The notes below the pieces were generated by a model. That model saw nothing but the letters and a program-made list of their open reading frames with translations, had not been told where the DNA came from and made no database searches. Shown here piece after piece: positions 60,688-64,000 of a DNA stretch of 64,000 nt. The position numbers and the translations under genes were made by a program. Numbering within the stretch: position 1 is the first letter of the stretch; each line of letters opens with the position of its first letter. The DNA is from a virus: positions 7,052 to 71,051 of the IMG/VR virus record IMGVR_UViG_3300042465_002544, one strand, 5' to 3'.

Positions 60688-60882
60688 ATGAAAAAGTGGA
60701 TTGTAGATAAGTTCCGTGAAATGTTAAACCAGACATTCACCCTATTGGGTATGTTCATTGCTTGGGTAGTTTTAACAGGCAGTGCAAAGACCGTAGTAGG
60801 TTGGGCAATACTTTGGTCAATAGTTGTTTGGCTGGTTTCTATGAACTTAAGAGAAGAAAAAGAAAAAGAAGGAGATGAATAA
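60688..60882 (+). CDS. Small 2-TM membrane protein
   Basis: Two hydrophobic helices. Confidence 0.65.
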   Translation: MKKWIVDKFREMLNQTFTLLGMFIAWVVLTGSAKTVVGWAILWSIVVWLVSMNLREEKEKEGDE

Positions 60883-61195
60883 TATGACAAAAAGAAAAGT
60901 AGATTTAGTAGACATTGATACAGAAACTGGTGAAGAAGTAATTGGATCTTCAGCAGTAACTAATCTTTGGAACATTCTTTTTAGAATTGTTGCAGTATTT
61001 GCAGCGTCAGGGCTATCAATTATTGGTGCAGGTTCGCTTGTAGGAATTGATACAATGACAGCAGTTATAATGGCTGGTACTCTAGGAGTTGCTAATGTCA
61101 TTGAAAAGCTTGCAAGAGCATTCCTTGATGACGGCAAGCTAAGTGCTTCTGAAATCAACTATGCATTCAGTGCAGTTGACAAAAAAGCAGAATAA
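60875..61195 (+). CDS. Membrane protein (holin-like)
   Basis: Two hydrophobic helices; C-terminal DDGKLSASEIN. Confidence 0.55.
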   Translation: MNNMTKRKVDLVDIDTETGEEVIGSSAVTNLWNILFRIVAVFAASGLSIIGAGSLVGIDTMTAVIMAGTLGVANVIEKLARAFLDDGKLSASEINYAFSAVDKKAE

Positions 61196-61210
61196 TATAT
61201 AATTAATATA

Positions 61211-61252
61211 GGAAGACCAAGGTGATTCTCACGACCATCTTGGTCTTTCTTA
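61211..61252 (+). terminator. Intrinsic terminator
   Basis: GGAAGACCAAGGTG/CATCTTGGTCTTTC stem followed by a T-rich tail. Confidence 0.6.
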
Positions 61253-61267
61253 TTGTATAATATATGT

Positions 61268-61984
61268 ATGAGTTTAGAAGATTTATTAACACCTGATGAA
61301 AAAGCATTGCATGATGCATTGGTAGAAATTGCCCAGAAGTATGGAAAGTTTAATGAAGATAAGACTGGTATTTGGGCAGGTTATGAACCAGCAGAAATAA
61401 ATGATGAGGCTGAGATCGGTGTAAAATGTTCTAATTGTGCATTATATATGGGTGGAACACAATGTGAGATTATTGCATTTGAAGTAGAGCCTGAAGGTAA
61501 ATGTAGGTTTGCTGTTATCCCTGATGGATATGTAAATGTTTCTGGTCAAATAGATGATGGTATGGACAATGATTACAATATGGACGATATGCTAAAGGCA
61601 GACATAAACCTTACACCAACATCTGGAATGAAGTCTGCTGCTGCTAGAGCATTGGCTTGGAAAAAGGAAGGTAAGCGTGGTGGAACTAGAGTTGGTTTAG
61701 CCAGAGCAAATCAAATAGTAAATGGTACAGAGCTTTCAGAGTCTACTGTGGCTCGTATGTATTCCTTCTTCTCACGTCACGAAGTAGATAAGCAAGCCAC
61801 TGGATTTAGTTCTGGTGAAGAAGGCTTCCCAAGTCCAGGCAGAGTTGCTTGGGACCTATGGGGCGGTGACGCTGGCTTTTCTTGGTCAACAGCCAAGTGG
61901 AATAGCATTAAAAACAGCAGAGAGAATAAGTCCGATATGAAAAAGAGCCTATGGTCTGGCTCTGCATTTGAATTAAAGAAGTAA
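61268..61984 (+). CDS. Two-domain protein: HiPIP-like Cys4 domain plus a common phage head-associated domain
   Basis: CSNC..Y...C......EPEGKC; GGTRVGLARANQ...RMYSFFSRHEVDK...AWDLWGGDAG. Confidence 0.65.
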   Translation: MSLEDLLTPDEKALHDALVEIAQKYGKFNEDKTGIWAGYEPAEINDEAEIGVKCSNCALYMGGTQCEIIAFEVEPEGKCRFAVIPDGYVNVSGQIDDGMDNDYNMDDMLKADINLTPTSGMKSAAARALAWKKEGKRGGTRVGLARANQIVNGTELSESTVARMYSFFSRHEVDKQATGFSSGEEGFPSPGRVAWDLWGGDAGFSWSTAKWNSIKNSRENKSDMKKSLWSGSAFELKK

Positions 61985-62107
61985 CTACTTCTTTTTACGA
62001 CCATCTATTAAAAAACACTTGTCACAAAGATCACGATCATCAGTTTTAGAATTAAACCATATCATTAATTTCTTTGATCCACAATCATTACATACAATAT
62101 CTGACAT
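61985..62107 (-). CDS. Small zinc-finger protein (not in ORF track)
   Basis: MSDIVCNDCG...LCDKCF; AGGGG RBS. Confidence 0.55.
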   Translation of the reverse strand: MSDIVCNDCGSKKLMIWFNSKTDDRDLCDKCFLIDGRKKK

Positions 62108-62203
62108 TATACCCCTACGGCGTTTCGGCGAAAACTAGAACAGCAATGCAGGACACCCTGCATATATGTGACATATGCCACTATATAAATGTGACATAGA
62201 TTA

Positions 62204-62722
62204 CTAAATATATAAACTATCTATTGGACCTTTACAAGATGGTGAGAGCTCTATTGCAGCAGAAACTGCTGTGTAGGCTCGTTTCTCTGGAGATTTCCAA
62301 GAAGCGGTGGTATATAAAGAACCTAAAGCAATAGATGAACCTGACCCAATAGACATATATTCACACTCTGATACTTGCCAATCTACAGTATCTACAAAGA
62401 ATAACTTACCAGATACCCCAACAAGAAATGATGCATGAGCATTATCTTTTAAATCTACCCCAGAATCGTTTAATGCTTTGCGTACCGCAGTTACCCAAGT
62501 AGTACGCATAAACTTATCTATGTTAGTTCGTGGCGGTGTAGGTAGAGCAATCCAATGAAGTAATTGTCCTGTGCCTGGAGAATCGGCGTATCCAATAAGA
62601 TACCTATCATTTTGACGTATCTTAGCAACACTCATTGCAGTAATAACATCATCATCTGATAATCCACGTTCTGCTGCCATATAGACATTATCGCCATCTG
62701 TGATGGCTACAATACAAGTCAC
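62204..62722 (-). CDS. Ntn-hydrolase (proteasome beta/HslV-like) protein
   Basis: GTG start giving (M)TCIVAI, with an N-terminal Thr; SIGSGS..ALG; GGAG RBS. Confidence 0.78.
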   Translation of the reverse strand: MTCIVAITDGDNVYMAAERGLSDDDVITAMSVAKIRQNDRYLIGYADSPGTGQLLHWIALPTPPRTNIDKFMRTTWVTAVRKALNDSGVDLKDNAHASFLVGVSGKLFFVDTVDWQVSECEYMSIGSGSSIALGSLYTTASWKSPEKRAYTAVSAAIELSPSCKGPIDSLYI

Positions 62723-62895
62723 TTTAGAAACTCCGCAGGTATAACAAGCCAATTATCTGGATTTTCAGTATTCCATTTATTAATAGATCCCTTGATAATA
62801 AGACGCTTTTCTTCTACACTTAATTCTCTACCCATTTGCTTTTCAATACTAGGCATAGAAGCCATAACAATATTCATAAATTCTTTGATGTTCAT
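62719..62895 (-). CDS. Hypothetical protein (not in ORF track)
   Basis: MNIKEFMNIV...; AGGGAG RBS; GTGA overlap with next gene. Confidence 0.55.
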   Translation of the reverse strand: MNIKEFMNIVMASMPSIEKQMGRELSVEEKRLIIKGSINKWNTENPDNWLVIPAEFLK

Positions 62896-63044
62896 TAGCT
62901 CTCCCTATGGCGATTATGGTAGTAGTCGTGGATAATATCTAAAACTTCTTGCTTTCCAAACTCTTCAAAGATTGGATCCAATGCTATCATTACTTCATTT
63001 ACAATATTAGTATCACAGTTAGCACACATTATTTGGATGTCCAT
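62895..63044 (-). CDS. Hypothetical protein (not in ORF track)
   Basis: MDIQIMCANC...; TAATG coupling. Confidence 0.5.
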   Translation of the reverse strand: MDIQIMCANCDTNIVNEVMIALDPIFEEFGKQEVLDIIHDYYHNRHRES

Positions 63045-63244
63045 TTCGGTAGATTTTCTGGAGACCACATAGACCTAGACTTTTTCTTAGATGATGTGGG
63101 GTGATTAGAAATAATTGTAGAGAAATGTAGGTAGTACTTAACAAACCATTGTTCATAATCTTTATCATCAAGAAATGGACCAACCTCAACTTCATGATCA
63201 AGCATAGCTTGCTTTACAAGGGGTATAACACTATTTGATTGCAC
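63029..63244 (-). CDS. Hypothetical protein
   Basis: 71-aa ORF in the leftward cluster. Confidence 0.45.
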   Translation of the reverse strand: MQSNSVIPLVKQAMLDHEVEVGPFLDDKDYEQWFVKYYLHFSTIISNHPTSSKKKSRSMWSPENLPKWTSK

Positions 63245-63436
63245 TTAGATTCCATTCTGATTTTTCGGCGGTAGGAGGAAAAGTAACCCTTGATAGATAT
63301 ATAGTCAATAAGGATATAGATAACCATATAACAAAAACAAGAGCATATTTCTTCACTTGATAATGATATCAGATAATGTTCTGATTGTCTAGAGTATTGT
63401 TCCGTCCATTTTTACATAAGCTATAACTTATGTTAA

Positions 63437-63491
63437 TTACACACATATGTGGATAACCTGTGTATAAAGTATGTGTATAACCTGTGGATAA
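63437..63491. promoter_or_regulatory. Cluster of DnaA boxes
   Basis: TGTGGATAA at 63448 and 63483, TGTGTATAA at 63459 and 63472 (reverse complement TTAT[CA]CACA); near-box TTACACACA at 63437. Confidence 0.7.
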
Positions 63492-63669
63492 CTATCATAA
63501 AGAACCTATAAGATATTTTATACATAATCTTGCATAATATTTGCATATTATATGTGTAATCGGGTGTGTGCAATCGTAATCGTAATGTTATAATAGAGGC
63601 TATATCCCCTTATATTCCTGTGATTTTTATATCCCCTTCGTAATATCCCTTGACAAAGCTCTGAATATG

Positions 63670-63732
63670 TGCATAAAATTCATGCATAAAACGTGCATAA
63701 AATGCATAAAAGATGCATAAAAACTGCATAAA
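63670..63732. repeat. Six TGCATAAA direct repeats, roughly helically phased
   Basis: Starts at 63670, 63683, 63694, 63703, 63714 and 63725. Confidence 0.8.
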
Positions 63733-64000
63733 GTTATCAGAAACTAATCTATTATTAATCATTTTATATTGTTTTATATGCATCATATATCTCATTACAT
63801 TTTATACATATTATATAGGTTATATTGGTATATGGGCATTGACTAGCTACCCCCATTTTATGTCCAGTAAATAGACAAACAAGTTTGTTAAACATTATTG
63901 AGATAGCCTTAACATATATTCAGCTTCATCCAAAACTTCCCGTGATATTTTTGGGTCCTTCGTAATATCTGGTTTTAATTCTTTAGGGTCGGTGGTGTTC

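Noticed and set aside
63670-63732. TGCATAAA repeats as a mini-CRISPR array
   Set aside because: The repeats are 8 nt with 1-5 nt gaps, far too short for repeats and spacers

Overview
Segment of a large, AT-rich tailed dsDNA phage, probably a freshwater-type actinophage. Evidence for the host is a WhiB gene, an Ntn/proteasome-like gene and pervasive leaderless-type promoters. The gene order (TMP, minor tails, phosphoesterase, DnaB, primase, SSB, DnaE, MazG, RecA, Cas4-like, RuvC, TerL) recalls large Streptomyces/freshwater actinophages. Layout: 1-22.3 kb tape measure (5'-truncated) and tail genes; 22.3-35 kb replication/recombination; 35-39.9 kb glycosyltransferase and terminase; 39.9-46 kb 7 tRNAs, a compact tmRNA, M23 peptidase, MgsA, a lytic transglycosylase and thioredoxin; 46-55 kb a second virion/fibre cluster with three tail-collar proteins; 55-62 kb WhiB, glycosylation genes and a Cys-repeat/Pro-rich surface protein; 62-64 kb leftward small genes and a non-coding region with DnaA boxes and phased repeats. 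The strongest candidate for a novel system is the tape measure protein. It reads as a polyprotein of roughly 200-aa cargo modules (three ADP-ribosyltransferase-like domains, plus possible GNAT-like and HNH-like domains and a CCCH finger), delimited by a recurring QxGGR[IV]x[SG][HY]x[DE]xS motif that may mark processing or module-shuffling sites. All functional calls come from motif recognition by eye; no database searches were run.
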